From: Bdellovibrionales bacterium
GTDB lineage: Bacteria; Bdellovibrionota; Bdellovibrionia; Bdellovibrionales; UBA1609
Direction: 5' to 3'
Length of the DNA: 64,000 nucleotides
Assembly (NCBI GenBank): GCA_965203095.1
Contig: OZ241877.1
Location: 320,001-384,000 of the forward strand
Position 1 is the stretch's first letter; each line of letters starts with the position of its first letter. Position numbers and translations under genes: made by a program. Of the stretch, positions 28,086-38,163 are shown piece after piece. The notes beneath the pieces were generated by a model that saw only the letters and a list, made by a program, of their open reading frames with translations, did not search any database and was not told where the DNA came from.

Positions 28086-30830
28086 TTATTTTCCTAAAAT
28101 CTCTTCAATAATTTTATGGACTTGTCCCCCAGTAGAATCTTGAGAGATTTTGAAATGCCAATTTTGCTTTAGATCTTCGGATACCGCTTTGGTCCAGTTT
28201 TTCATAAAATCCCACTTTTGAATATCCTGTTTTTTCTTTTTTCCCTTGACTTCCAAAATCAAATGATCCCCGTTGGAAAGACGCACAATAAAATCGGGAG
28301 TGTATTTTCGCACCTTCCCCTTTTTGTCAATATACTCAATCACAAAGCCAAGATGATCATTTTTAACCCAGGCCCGGACTTCCTTATTTTTGTCCAGCTC
28401 TCTTGCATGACTATATTCCCAAGAGCTGTCCGTCACACATTGATTGGTATGGGTTTTTTTAAAAATTGCCGTTTTCTTTTTTGTCCACCATTCACCAATC
28501 TTTTTTGTTGAGGAAAACTTGGAATCTTTATCATATATAACAGATAGCTCCTCCACAGAATCCTTTTGTATTAAGCTGAAAACTTTATGGACAATCTCAT
28601 TCATTTTCATCATAACAACCAAGTCTTTTCTCTCCTCTTCATATCTTGGCTTGATCCGAAACTTTGAGGAATTGATAAATTGTTCTGTTAGTTGGAAAAT
28701 CATTCTGATAGCATGGTGTTTCAAAATTCCTTTTTTCCATTCCAGATGAAGTTTGTCATAAATCTGGCTTGTCACTCTTAAAATTAAAGTTTGCATGCGA
28801 TCCGGCTCATACTCTTTTTCAAAAAATTCTTGAAGACTTGTTAGTTCTATATTCTCATATCTTGGCTTTCCGTCAATAACAGGGGCCAGCTCTGCCAACC
28901 TTGGAATGCTGGAAACATCTACTGTGTAGGGAGGCATGCCGGAAAAATCAATTTTCAGCTCTGGCCTTAATTGATAATCCACTCTTTCTACATTGGGCCA
29001 GATGATTTCATATTGAGATCTTTCCGGTTCAGAAAAAATACAGCTTCTTGGATCCTCCTCCGGTCTCCCTGTATCACTTCCCTCTTGAGGAAGATAAGCA
29101 AAAGGAACTCCCAGAACATTTACATACTCCGGATCAAACATCCCATTTTCATTTAATTCATAAGACATTCTCCTTAAGCCTCGGCCTATTGTCTGCTCAC
29201 ACAACAACTGACTTGAAAAAGCCCTCAAACCCATAATATGAGTGACAGTCCGGCAGTTCCAGCCTTCAGAAAGCATTTGAACGGCAATCACATGATGAAT
29301 AAACTGTCCGCTGGATCCAATTTTTCCCACAGCAGAAAGCCTGCCCCGCATATCTTCATCATCTTCCATTCCAGAATAAACTTTAAGCATTTTCTCTGTT
29401 CCTTTAAAAAGGTTGGCTATGGGAATATCATTTTCTTTTAATCCCTTTTCCACTCTGTCCGCTGTTTCCTTTCTGTTCACAATAGAAATCATCACAGGTG
29501 GCACAAACTTTTTTTGATTTTTATAATGCTTTTTCCATATTTCATATTTTTTGCTCCAACTGTGGGACAGGTGCGTATAAGCCAATTTCACTATATCCGG
29601 GAAAGATTCTGTTCTTTCAGCTTTTCTGTTTAAATCCGGCTGAACCTTCTCATTTTCGTAAATATGATAAAGTTTTGGTTTTAGCCTTTTGGTGTCAGTT
29701 GAGGCATCGTCCCCAACAGCAAACTTTGGAGTTTTAACAATGCCGGCTTCAATAGCATCTGTTAGTCCAAAGTCACTCACGATCCACTCAAAAAGATTCC
29801 TCTCATCGGCAGTTTTCCCTGTGGGTGCGTAAGGGGTAGCCGAAAAATCAAACACTTGCCGAATGCCAACTGTCCGGTTCAGGCGATCCAAACCTTCAAT
29901 CCATTTTGTGGCCATTTCCAGATCGTCTTTTGTAATATCATCTGTCTTTTTTATTTTCAATTCTGCCCTTTTTCGCCAAGCATGATGAGCCTCATCATTT
30001 AAAACAATTATATTTTTTGATTTGGCAATATCCTCTAAGACTTCCCTTGCATAAGCTGTATTGCTTTTCTCTCCTCTTTTATCTGGCCCTTTTCTCTTAC
30101 GAATTTGCTCTGCTGTCTCCCACTGGAGCTGTTGCCAATTTTTTACAATTACTTTCCCTTGCCTCAGCTTGTCCTTCCATTCATTGGGAACAATTTTATA
30201 CTCCTGATAATAGTTGTTATCTCCCGAAAGCTTTAGAACACGGAGTCTGTCTCTCACTGTTAAATTGGGAGTCACAACAAAAACATTTTTTGAAAACCTT
30301 GGGTCTTTTGGGTAAGTGACTTTGTTAAGAATCTGCCAAGCAATGCTCATAGCCATTACTACTGTTTTGCCTGCACCTGTGGCCATTTTACAGCAAAGTC
30401 TATTCAGTGCCTCATCCTGCGGGATATTAAGCCCTGTTGTCATATCCTGTCGGCCTTCTATCAAAAAAATAAGGGTTTCAATAGCTTCTAACTGACAAAA
30501 AAAGAAGTCATATTTTCGGCCAGAAGTCTCTTTATTTTCATTCCAAAATTCCAAAAGTCTGCGAGTGACACCGGTCACACCGGAATAATTTTTCTTTTTC
30601 CATTCCTGCATTCTTCGCCTAATGTCATTGACAAGAGGAATTTCTTTTACCAAACCAAACTCATCGTAAGATTTGGCTTTCCCTCCGGAAATGATATAGC
30701 TTGCGGGCCTTCGGCCCTGTTTAAGCTCAAACTCTTTAATTGTTTTGTTGAATTTCCAATGCTTATCCGGTTCTTTAAAAGGCGAATTGATAATCAGCTT
30801 TTTGATTGGCTTTGGCATATTATCCTTCAA
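28086..30830 (-). CDS. Type III restriction enzyme Res subunit (start probably ATG 30818)
   Basis: IINSPF, FFCQLEAIET, KMATGAGKT, NDEAHH, DFSATP, SEGW, EQTIGRGLRR, YTPDF...LEVKG. Confidence 0.88.
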   Translation of the reverse strand: MKDNMPKPIKKLIINSPFKEPDKHWKFNKTIKEFELKQGRRPASYIISGGKAKSYDEFGLVKEIPLVNDIRRRMQEWKKKNYSGVTGVTRRLLEFWNENKETSGRKYDFFFCQLEAIETLIFLIEGRQDMTTGLNIPQDEALNRLCCKMATGAGKTVVMAMSIAWQILNKVTYPKDPRFSKNVFVVTPNLTVRDRLRVLKLSGDNNYYQEYKIVPNEWKDKLRQGKVIVKNWQQLQWETAEQIRKRKGPDKRGEKSNTAYAREVLEDIAKSKNIIVLNDEAHHAWRKRAELKIKKTDDITKDDLEMATKWIEGLDRLNRTVGIRQVFDFSATPYAPTGKTADERNLFEWIVSDFGLTDAIEAGIVKTPKFAVGDDASTDTKRLKPKLYHIYENEKVQPDLNRKAERTESFPDIVKLAYTHLSHSWSKKYEIWKKHYKNQKKFVPPVMISIVNRKETADRVEKGLKENDIPIANLFKGTEKMLKVYSGMEDDEDMRGRLSAVGKIGSSGQFIHHVIAVQMLSEGWNCRTVTHIMGLRAFSSQLLCEQTIGRGLRRMSYELNENGMFDPEYVNVLGVPFAYLPQEGSDTGRPEEDPRSCIFSEPERSQYEIIWPNVERVDYQLRPELKIDFSGMPPYTVDVSSIPRLAELAPVIDGKPRYENIELTSLQEFFEKEYEPDRMQTLILRVTSQIYDKLHLEWKKGILKHHAIRMIFQLTEQFINSSKFRIKPRYEEERKDLVVMMKMNEIVHKVFSLIQKDSVEELSVIYDKDSKFSSTKKIGEWWTKKKTAIFKKTHTNQCVTDSSWEYSHARELDKNKEVRAWVKNDHLGFVIEYIDKKGKVRKYTPDFIVRLSNGDHLILEVKGKKKKQDIQKWDFMKNWTKAVSEDLKQNWHFKISQDSTGGQVHKIIEEILGK

Positions 30831-30837
30831 AAATTTT

Positions 30838-31254
30838 TTACGGGCAAGTATCCTTAGTCAGAAGATGCTGATGCTTTGTATTCTGATAAACACTTCCAGC
30901 CAAAATATGTTTAAAATCATAATGTAAATCTTTGTCTTTTGTGCATAAAACTTTTACTCGATTGGCCTTTGCCAAACCCAATATGTGAATATCATTTGAT
31001 TTGAATGTATTATTTTCCTTTAAGTCAGTTATTATTTGCTCAACTTGTTTTTTAGGAACAAGGCGTGCTTTCCCTGATTGATAATATTTTTCCAAAACTG
31101 TTCTTTGATTTTGAGTCAGCTCCTTTTGAAACAACTCATGATTGGAATAAACCAGTTTTCCATTCTTCTTTTCCAGCCATTTATGAACTGGTTGCATGGC
31201 AATTGTTTTGTTAAAAAAGTCTGGCCACATATTGATGTCCAATATCATACACAT
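30838..31254 (-). CDS. PIN-domain protein
   Basis: ILDIN, ELT, SNDIHILGLA, LCTKDKDL acidic tetrad typical of PIN. Confidence 0.75.
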   Translation of the reverse strand: MCMILDINMWPDFFNKTIAMQPVHKWLEKKNGKLVYSNHELFQKELTQNQRTVLEKYYQSGKARLVPKKQVEQIITDLKENNTFKSNDIHILGLAKANRVKVLCTKDKDLHYDFKHILAGSVYQNTKHQHLLTKDTCP

Positions 31255-31257
31255 GAC

Positions 31258-32568
31258 TTAGTCCTCAAATCCTAACAAGCGATCAGTTTCTTTGATAAAA
31301 AAATTCCTGTATCCTATGGGTGCACCAATTAAATTGCCCTGTTCGTCAATAGATATATTGCACGATTTTACTCCTCCTTTTACAGGTTCCAAATATATTA
31401 TGGAGACCTGATCAGGGGCAATTTCTCCTTTGCGAATTTCAATTCTTGTTCTGTCCAAAATATAATCACTATGAGTCTCAATTAAAAAGGAATTATTTAT
31501 TTTTGCACTTTTAACAAACAATGAAGCAAGCTCTGCTTGAGCCTCTGGATGCAAATGAACTTCTGGCTGTTGCAACAAAAACCGAGTTCCTTTTTTTCTT
31601 AATTGAATATTAGAAGTAAAAAGACGAACCAAAAGTGGAAGAATTTGACTCAAGCCATAACCGGTGTCTATGATATTGGATTCCATCCCCCTCACCTTAA
31701 ACTGCAACTGAAAGGGATCTCCTTTTGTCTTTCCAAGATTCCTGACTTTAATATCAGAAAACAAGCCGGAAACTTTTCCAAAATCAATTAAATTTTTATG
31801 GATATTTTTCCAATCCTTTATTTTTTCTTGTTTCAAATTAGAGAGAAGAACAGGGATTTCATTGCCTTCTGGGCTGGAGGATTCTTTTACCGGATTGTAT
31901 GTTCTTTGTGGTTTGGAGCGAATAGGAGCCAAGCTGAATATACTCTCTGCAAATAATTGTTTTGTCCGAGTGCGTAAATGTTTTAATTCTTCATCAAAAG
32001 TATTCCCCTGTTTCTTATTGGAAAGAGTCTTTCGAGGAATATAAGGGTCTATTACATGCCATGCAGGAGAAATGTCATCTTCCAAAGGAAAAGGTCTGTT
32101 TTCTTTAATTGCTTTATTGCTTTTATTATTTTTTGTGATAAAAAGGATTTTTCTTCCTTTTTCTTCGCAACAAAAGGAAAAGTCTTTAAAATTAGCATTT
32201 GCTTGCTTTACAACAGGTTCCGCTCCTGCCTTCTTTTCTTTAAAACGAAACTTGTATTTGATGTCATTATTGTGACTGATACCAATTTCAAAGTGAGATA
32301 TATTTCTTTTTCCTCTCTCTGCCTTCGATCTTCTGACAATATCTATAAAAGATCCCATAGAATAAGGTTCTTCATTAAAATCAGGATGGCGAAATCCTCC
32401 TTGTGAAATGAAGTTATAAATTGTGGAAAAACAACTCATAACAGTTGTTTTGCCTGTGCTGTTTGCCCCTATTAAAAAAGTCAAGGGGCGAATATCAAAA
32501 TTCTGCTCTCCTGAAAAACACCTAACATCTTTTATTGTTAATTTGAAATTTCTGTTTTGATTGGCCAT
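31258..32568 (-). CDS. ABC/AAA_15-type ATPase (DUF3696-like C-terminus)
   Basis: Walker A GANSTGKT, GYGLSQ signature, LLQQPEVHLHP, ETHS. Confidence 0.85.
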   Translation of the reverse strand: MANQNRNFKLTIKDVRCFSGEQNFDIRPLTFLIGANSTGKTTVMSCFSTIYNFISQGGFRHPDFNEEPYSMGSFIDIVRRSKAERGKRNISHFEIGISHNNDIKYKFRFKEKKAGAEPVVKQANANFKDFSFCCEEKGRKILFITKNNKSNKAIKENRPFPLEDDISPAWHVIDPYIPRKTLSNKKQGNTFDEELKHLRTRTKQLFAESIFSLAPIRSKPQRTYNPVKESSSPEGNEIPVLLSNLKQEKIKDWKNIHKNLIDFGKVSGLFSDIKVRNLGKTKGDPFQLQFKVRGMESNIIDTGYGLSQILPLLVRLFTSNIQLRKKGTRFLLQQPEVHLHPEAQAELASLFVKSAKINNSFLIETHSDYILDRTRIEIRKGEIAPDQVSIIYLEPVKGGVKSCNISIDEQGNLIGAPIGYRNFFIKETDRLLGFED

Positions 32569-32592
32569 TATATTTCTCCTGTTTTATAAAAA

Positions 32593-35121
32593 TTAATTCA
32601 AGGGTTTTATGATAAGGCTTTCTATGCCTCTATCGTCAATGATTTTGACGGCAATTTTTTTGTGGTTTTCTGGTTTAAAAGGCAAAGATTCTGTTCCTTT
32701 AAACTGATCTATCCGATTTTCGTCAACCTCCGATCGTAAGGTTTTTTTCAGCCTTTCCCAACCACCACGGCTCCCTGAAAGAGGGAAAAAAACCTGCCGT
32801 GGGTAAAGAGATCTCCCATCGTAATTGCTGTCTAACATCCACATAGCGATTTTGTCTTTCCCGCCTCTTTGAATGCTGTTTGTTTTTGTATCATAATAAT
32901 CAAAGCCCTCAAGGCTGACAGTGTATCTGTCCTTATGTTCCCCTTTAGTGATTTTTTTTAAGGAAATATCCGGCTGTCCCACAAGCCAGAAACTATCACC
33001 TTTGGTTTTTTTCTTTAGGTCTTTTGTGAAAAGATCGCTATTCATTTGGACTTTTAGAACTTTGGTCCATTTCAGATCCAATGCATCCACATCTTTTCCA
33101 GCTTCCGGATCAAATTGAAAGGCACAAAAAACCACAATGTCAGGACGAAAAGGTTTGGCCTCTTTAAGAGCTAACTCCACTTGTCTTTGCTCTAAGGGAG
33201 CGTATTCAGAACCAAAGCAGACAATCGCTCTTTTCCCGTCCGTTTTTGTCTCCCCTTCGGCAAAAATGTATTTTGTGTCATTCATTAGCTCCAGCCTTGT
33301 GAATTGAATATCTTGCAAAAGACCTTTTTTGCCTTTGATGCCATCTCTTTTAAGGGAAAAAAACCAATCCTGTTTTATGGGGCTATCGGATCCGTTAAGC
33401 ACTTCTCCTGATAAAGTCTCCACTTTAACAGCGGGAACAGCCTCTACGGTAAAGGGGCCAGACACACGGAATTTACTTTTATCTACATGAGGCTGATCAT
33501 AAAGAGTTTCTGTTGGAGCATTCTGGGCAATAGCCTTATCAATTTGTTGTTTTGTCAAGCCGTCTTTAATGTCTGGATTGTTGGCAATGGATTTTAAAGT
33601 GATATGAGGGACTTCTTTATAATTAAAACCTTCATTGATTCCTTTTTTTTCATCTTTTAATTCATAATAATCAAAGTTGGATGTCATTAGCCTTTGTTTG
33701 GCCAAAGTAATGGCCACCCTCGAAGTGTCACAGGTGATCCAACGACGACCCCATTTTTCTGCCACATAAGCAGTAGTTCCACTCCCGCAAGTTGGATCCA
33801 AAACCAAGTCTCCCGGCTTCGTGGTCATTAGGAGACATCGTTCAATCACTTTATCGGAAGTTTGAACGGCATAACTTTTATTTACGGCTCCTCCAAAATC
33901 CATCCAAGGATTTGTAATTTTTGAAAAGGGAAAGTCTTTTTGATAAAGAACATATCTTAAAGAGCTGGCCTCTGCTTGAATACGATTTATTTTGATAAGA
34001 ACCAACATTTTTTGTTTTGATGTCATCCAACACTGCCCCGGTTTTTGTTTATAAGTCTTCCCTTCAAACTCAAGATCATAGACATTTGCATTTGAGAAAG
34101 AAGGTGCTACTTGAGAGACTGTTCTATAAATATTGCTTTCAGGAGGTAGAGGCGTTGTCCCTGATATTTCATCTTTTGTCATTTTTCTTCGTATCCCGTT
34201 TTTAAGCTCAATAAACCTCCAAGAAGAATCAATTTTGGTTTTCTTCCATAACTGGTGACATCGAACAATACTTTTATCTTTTGCATACCAGATAAGATAA
34301 TCACACATATTTTCAAGTGTTTTGCTTCCCAATGGCATATTTTTCTTTCTAAAAGTGACCAAGCTAACAAAATTCTTTCTCTCAAAAATCTCATCCATAA
34401 GATTGCGAACCAAATGCACATTCTCATCGGAAATTTGCACAAAACAAGAACCACTTTCTGTTAAAAGCTCTCTTGCAAGAAGCAGTCTATCCCTCAAATA
34501 GGAAAGATAGGAATGTATCCCAAGCTCCCAAGTGTCGCGAAAGGCTTTTATAGTTTCCGGCTCTGCTGTTAAATCTTCATCTTTTTTGTCTTTAACATCC
34601 CTTTTGTTTGTCCAAGGCTGAAAATTGGATCCGTATTGGACCCCGTAAGGCGGGTCAAAATAAAAACATTGCACTCTCCCCGCCATTCCCTCTTTTTCTA
34701 ACAGAGAGTTCATTACCAAAAGGGAATCTCCGGCAATCAGACGGTTGCTCCAAAGCTTTTCGTGTTTGTAAAACTCAATTTCCTTTTCTAAAGGTCGTTT
34801 TTCCAATTCCCCCTGAAATAAAGACAGCTGGCTGTAGTCTACAGAGTTTCTGTTTCTGACTGTTTCAATAATGCTTCGAGGATCAATTTTTTCATGAATA
34901 TGAAGAGGGATTGTGGGAACTTCAAAAGACAGCCTTTCGGCTTTGCCCGCCCACTGTAGTTCTGGATCCAAGTCAGGATCGTATTTGTATTGTTTGGTCT
35001 GGACTTGGGGGTTGTCCCTTTCAGCATTCACAACTCCAGCTTGAGGATTGTTTTTCCTCTTTTGTGTTTTGTGCTTGTAAATTTCAATCGGCTTGGAACC
35101 GGTTTTTTTTCTTTTTGCCAT
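32593..35121 (-). CDS. Type III RM Mod subunit, N6-adenine DNA methyltransferase
   Basis: WSNRLIAGDS, YFDPPYG, YAVQT, DPTCGSGTT, IAVKIIDDRG. Confidence 0.92.
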   Translation of the reverse strand: MAKRKKTGSKPIEIYKHKTQKRKNNPQAGVVNAERDNPQVQTKQYKYDPDLDPELQWAGKAERLSFEVPTIPLHIHEKIDPRSIIETVRNRNSVDYSQLSLFQGELEKRPLEKEIEFYKHEKLWSNRLIAGDSLLVMNSLLEKEGMAGRVQCFYFDPPYGVQYGSNFQPWTNKRDVKDKKDEDLTAEPETIKAFRDTWELGIHSYLSYLRDRLLLARELLTESGSCFVQISDENVHLVRNLMDEIFERKNFVSLVTFRKKNMPLGSKTLENMCDYLIWYAKDKSIVRCHQLWKKTKIDSSWRFIELKNGIRRKMTKDEISGTTPLPPESNIYRTVSQVAPSFSNANVYDLEFEGKTYKQKPGQCWMTSKQKMLVLIKINRIQAEASSLRYVLYQKDFPFSKITNPWMDFGGAVNKSYAVQTSDKVIERCLLMTTKPGDLVLDPTCGSGTTAYVAEKWGRRWITCDTSRVAITLAKQRLMTSNFDYYELKDEKKGINEGFNYKEVPHITLKSIANNPDIKDGLTKQQIDKAIAQNAPTETLYDQPHVDKSKFRVSGPFTVEAVPAVKVETLSGEVLNGSDSPIKQDWFFSLKRDGIKGKKGLLQDIQFTRLELMNDTKYIFAEGETKTDGKRAIVCFGSEYAPLEQRQVELALKEAKPFRPDIVVFCAFQFDPEAGKDVDALDLKWTKVLKVQMNSDLFTKDLKKKTKGDSFWLVGQPDISLKKITKGEHKDRYTVSLEGFDYYDTKTNSIQRGGKDKIAMWMLDSNYDGRSLYPRQVFFPLSGSRGGWERLKKTLRSEVDENRIDQFKGTESLPFKPENHKKIAVKIIDDRGIESLIIKPLN

Positions 35122-35143
35122 AAAATCTCAAATAGCGGTTTTA

Positions 35144-35299
35144 TTATTTGCGTTTCTTTTTTGGTGCTCTTTGTGACAAAGCCGAGCCAGCCGCGGTTTT
35201 AGCGACTTTGCTTGATTTGTTATTCCTTAACACTTTGGAGGCGACCTTTCCCGCTCTCTTAGATGTTTTTCTTTGTTTTGGTTTTTTTTGTTTTGCCAT
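35144..35299 (-). CDS. 51-aa very basic small protein (MAKQKKPKQRKTSKRAGKVASKVLR...AAGSALSQRAPKKKRK)
   Basis: Strong AAGGAGG RBS; directly upstream of mod; missed by the ORF track (<60 aa). Confidence 0.7.
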   Translation of the reverse strand: MAKQKKPKQRKTSKRAGKVASKVLRNNKSSKVAKTAAGSALSQRAPKKKRK

Positions 35300-35374
35300 G
35301 CGTTTCCCTCCTTTTAGTAGTGGAGATAAAATTATCTAAAACTACGGATTTGTCAATATAAAACTTGTTTATTA

Positions 35375-35614
35375 TTACAGTTCAGTAGATTGCATATAAT
35401 CTTCCAGTTTGTCAATAGCCTCTCTTTTTTCACGGGCGGAAACTTGAGCTCCCTCTTCTACATACATTTTTTCAAACCTTTTTAATCTTTTCACAATATG
35501 ATTTACTGTTGGATTTTGTGCTCGCTGAATATGCCCGTAAGTAAAATCCACCTGATCCCTTAGCTCCCAAGGGAGATCTCTATATTTTAAAAATTTTTTG
35601 CGATTCTTTGACAT
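35375..35614 (-). CDS. Hypothetical protein (79 aa from ATG 35614)
   Basis: Open frame MSKNRKKFLKYRDLPWELR...; no recognisable motif. Confidence 0.4.
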   Translation of the reverse strand: MSKNRKKFLKYRDLPWELRDQVDFTYGHIQRAQNPTVNHIVKRLKRFEKMYVEEGAQVSAREKREAIDKLEDYMQSTEL

Positions 35615-35740
35615 AATAACCCCGGTGACAAGCGGTGATAGGGTATCCCATCTCAAAACGAGACAAGCTTTGGGCAAAAAACTAAAAGATAAAATTATTT
35701 TTCACAAACAATTATTACTGATTTCGCACTCAATTTCAAA

Positions 35741-35885
35741 AAAATAAGGACAAAGAGTTGGATTTTAACAGGTTGCACAGTAGTAAAATTTGCCCTTTTA
35801 GTCTTTTTTTTGGTTTTTTAAGGATTTAGCAAGTATTCTGTATCTTTTTTGAATAAAGAGATATATCACAATGAGAACCAAAATC
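35741..35885 (+). repeat. Dispersed repeat (GGATTTTAACAGGTTGCACAGTA...TTTTTAAGGATTT), copy 1 of 3
   Basis: Similar copies at 37982-38070 and 41757-41882. Confidence 0.8.
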
Positions 35886-36146
35886 AACATAGAGGAAGGC
35901 CCTAATATCATGTATTATGACAAATGAAGCCATGCATTATCATACTTTAGACAACTGCTTTAACCATTTGACAACCCATCATGTGACTAAGCAATATGTG
36001 AATGGGACAGCCGGAGCAACTATAAATTTAACGAGTTTGCCTTTAACTAACAAGGGAATTATGTAATAGATACTATTGATAGCGTTAAGGCTTTAGTTCA
36101 AGGATCAACAGGAAAAAGATTGACTTATGAAAAACTTATAAATTAA
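35885..36146 (+). pseudogene. Degenerate IS1595-family transposase C-terminal fragment
   Basis: Broken frames give MTNEAMHY...NHLTTHHVTKQYVNG and EFAF...IDTIDSVKALVQGSTGKRLTYEKLIN*, resembling IS1595 TD..Y/NH..EYV/EF.FR/GKRLTY motifs. Confidence 0.6.
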
Positions 36147-36147
36147 A

Positions 36148-36304
36148 TAGTTGTCCGTGAAAAACCTTTGTTTTTTAACTTTTTTTGTCCAAAGGACCAT
36201 TCCATTTCGGGACGGCAATACCTTGGACTATCACCGGATGGCCTTTGGACAAAATTAGGAAAAAGAGGATGAGGCTTTTTGTCCAGCTTTTTCACGGACG
36301 ACTA
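36148..36304 (-). mobile_element. MITE-like element with 17-bp terminal inverted repeats
   Basis: TAGTTGTCCGTGAAAAA ... TTTTTCACGGACGACTA (1 mismatch); internal TTTTGTCCAAAGG/CCTTTGGACAAAA stem; isolated matching end at 19023-19039. Confidence 0.7.
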
Positions 36305-36369
36305 AATAGCATTAGTGCTTGCTTTATTAAGCCTTAATTTTAAAAAACTATAATAAAGAGTAGAAAAAA

Positions 36370-37044
36370 ATGGAACAGTTTAGTTTTCTGTTAAATAATG
36401 ATATAAAATATATCCCTAAAAAGCAAAAAAAAGCAAAGGCCAGCTTAGACTTTCTTTTAAACAGTATAAAGTATAAACAAATAGTAGATAAAAAAATTAA
36501 ATTCCCTGATTTGCCTAACAAAAAATATGAAATTATTTACTGTGATCCCCCCTGGCATTATGGACAACACTGGCAATATACAAGGCCTGGATATAAATGG
36601 GGGAAAGGTTGCGATAGGTATTATCCATGTGTCCCTACCCCTGAATTAGCTAAATTAAATATAGCTAAAATTTCTGATGAAAATTGCCTTTTGTTCATGT
36701 GGGCAACCAATCCTCATATCTCACAAGCAGTGGCACTGGGGCAAATATGGGGTTTTGATTACTGCACTATAGCTTTTATATGGGATAAAGAAACGCATAA
36801 CCCTGGAAGATATACAATGTCACAATGTGAAGTCTGTTTGTTATTTAAAAAGGGAAAAATTCCAAATCCCAGAGGGGCAAGGAATATAAAGCAATTAATC
36901 AAAAGTAAAAGAAGTAAAACACACAGCAGAAAACCAGAAGAGGCCAGAAAAAGAATTGAGGCAATGTTTCCTACACAAAAAAAAATAGAGCTTTTTGCCA
37001 CAAAAAAAACAAAAGGCTGGAAAGTTTGGGGTAATAGTGTCTAA
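36370..37044 (+). CDS. MT-A70 family adenine methyltransferase
   Basis: YEIIYCDPPWHY, LFMWAT, WGFDY, HSRKPEE, IELFA, GWKVWGN. Confidence 0.92.
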   Translation: MEQFSFLLNNDIKYIPKKQKKAKASLDFLLNSIKYKQIVDKKIKFPDLPNKKYEIIYCDPPWHYGQHWQYTRPGYKWGKGCDRYYPCVPTPELAKLNIAKISDENCLLFMWATNPHISQAVALGQIWGFDYCTIAFIWDKETHNPGRYTMSQCEVCLLFKKGKIPNPRGARNIKQLIKSKRSKTHSRKPEEARKRIEAMFPTQKKIELFATKKTKGWKVWGNSV

Positions 37045-37321
37045 AAAAAGATTTCCCAGAAAAGAAAAAACAATCACTTGGCAAAAGTCTGTAAAGACTT
37101 CAGGCGAAGACATTGAAAAATCTTTTAATGGTTTTTTTGAACATTTTTTTGAAAACTCAAACTATGAGATAATAAAAAATCCAAAAGATTTTAGATATAT
37201 TTATAGTCAGCCAGACGGTTGCAATTATAGGCAAGGGATACAGCCAGAGTTTTTAATCAAAAACAAAAGAAGAAAAAATTATTTAGGCAAGAAGTTTTTG
37301 ACTGGCAATTTTAAAGATTGA
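37037..37321 (+). pseudogene. Probable truncated partner (endonuclease-like) of the MT-A70 gene
   Basis: GTG overlaps MTase stop; WQ...SGEDIEKSF...GIQPEFLIKN resembles the N-terminal half of a PD-(D/E)xK enzyme, then ends early. Confidence 0.4.
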
Positions 37322-37347
37322 TTATTTAAAAATGGAGTGAATGGATT

Positions 37348-37863
37348 ATGTTCAAAAAACAAAATCAGCATTTATGGATTTTTTTGTCTCTATTTTTTAT
37401 TTTTTTGGTCAGTCCTTCTTGTAATAAAGCCGAATGCCCCTCAGATTGGAATTGTGATTCTGCCGCGTATCATGACATGGACCTGCGTATAGAAGGGTAT
37501 ATCGATAAAAACAATTTTAAAGCAAGTAATGTAGCTTATTGTGACCATAATCCAAAGTCAGACAATGATAAGTTAAAACAAGTAGCTAAAAATTTGAAAG
37601 CCAGATTGCATTATGAAGAAGATAATAAACCTCGTTTTGAAACAGATCTTATACAAACACAGTCAGGCAATCCTAAGGAAAGGGAGTTTCTTGTAAATAT
37701 CAGTTTGCTCTATCCTTTTTCCGATCTCATGACAATTAAAATTGTTCGATTAAATGACAAGGGGGAAGAGATTCATGTTTTAGGAGAGATAAAATTTAAG
37801 GATTTACCGCAACAACCAAAAAGAACTCCACCCTATGATTGCAAAAAAATCCCTTTATTTTAA
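37348..37863 (+). CDS. Hypothetical lipoprotein
   Basis: GGAG RBS; hydrophobic signal followed by SPSC. Confidence 0.6.
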   Translation: MFKKQNQHLWIFLSLFFIFLVSPSCNKAECPSDWNCDSAAYHDMDLRIEGYIDKNNFKASNVAYCDHNPKSDNDKLKQVAKNLKARLHYEEDNKPRFETDLIQTQSGNPKEREFLVNISLLYPFSDLMTIKIVRLNDKGEEIHVLGEIKFKDLPQQPKRTPPYDCKKIPLF

Positions 37864-38163
37864 AATAGAAAATAACTTAGGATCTGAGCAAAGGGACTGT
37901 TTCAGGACAGATTATAAAAAGTCCCGCCCCACAGCTCCAACTTTTGTGTTAGAAATAGTCTTTATTTTATAAAAATTGCAAAAAAATAAGAAAAAGAGCT
38001 GGATTTTAGCCGGTTGCACAGTAAAATTTGCCATTTTAGTCCTTTTTATCCTTGTTTTTTTAAGGATTTTTGTAGAGTGTCAAGTATATAATCCCCACTT
38101 TTTTAAAAAACAAGTGGATACAATAGTCCTTGCCTATTTGACTTTTTACCATATAATAAAGCA

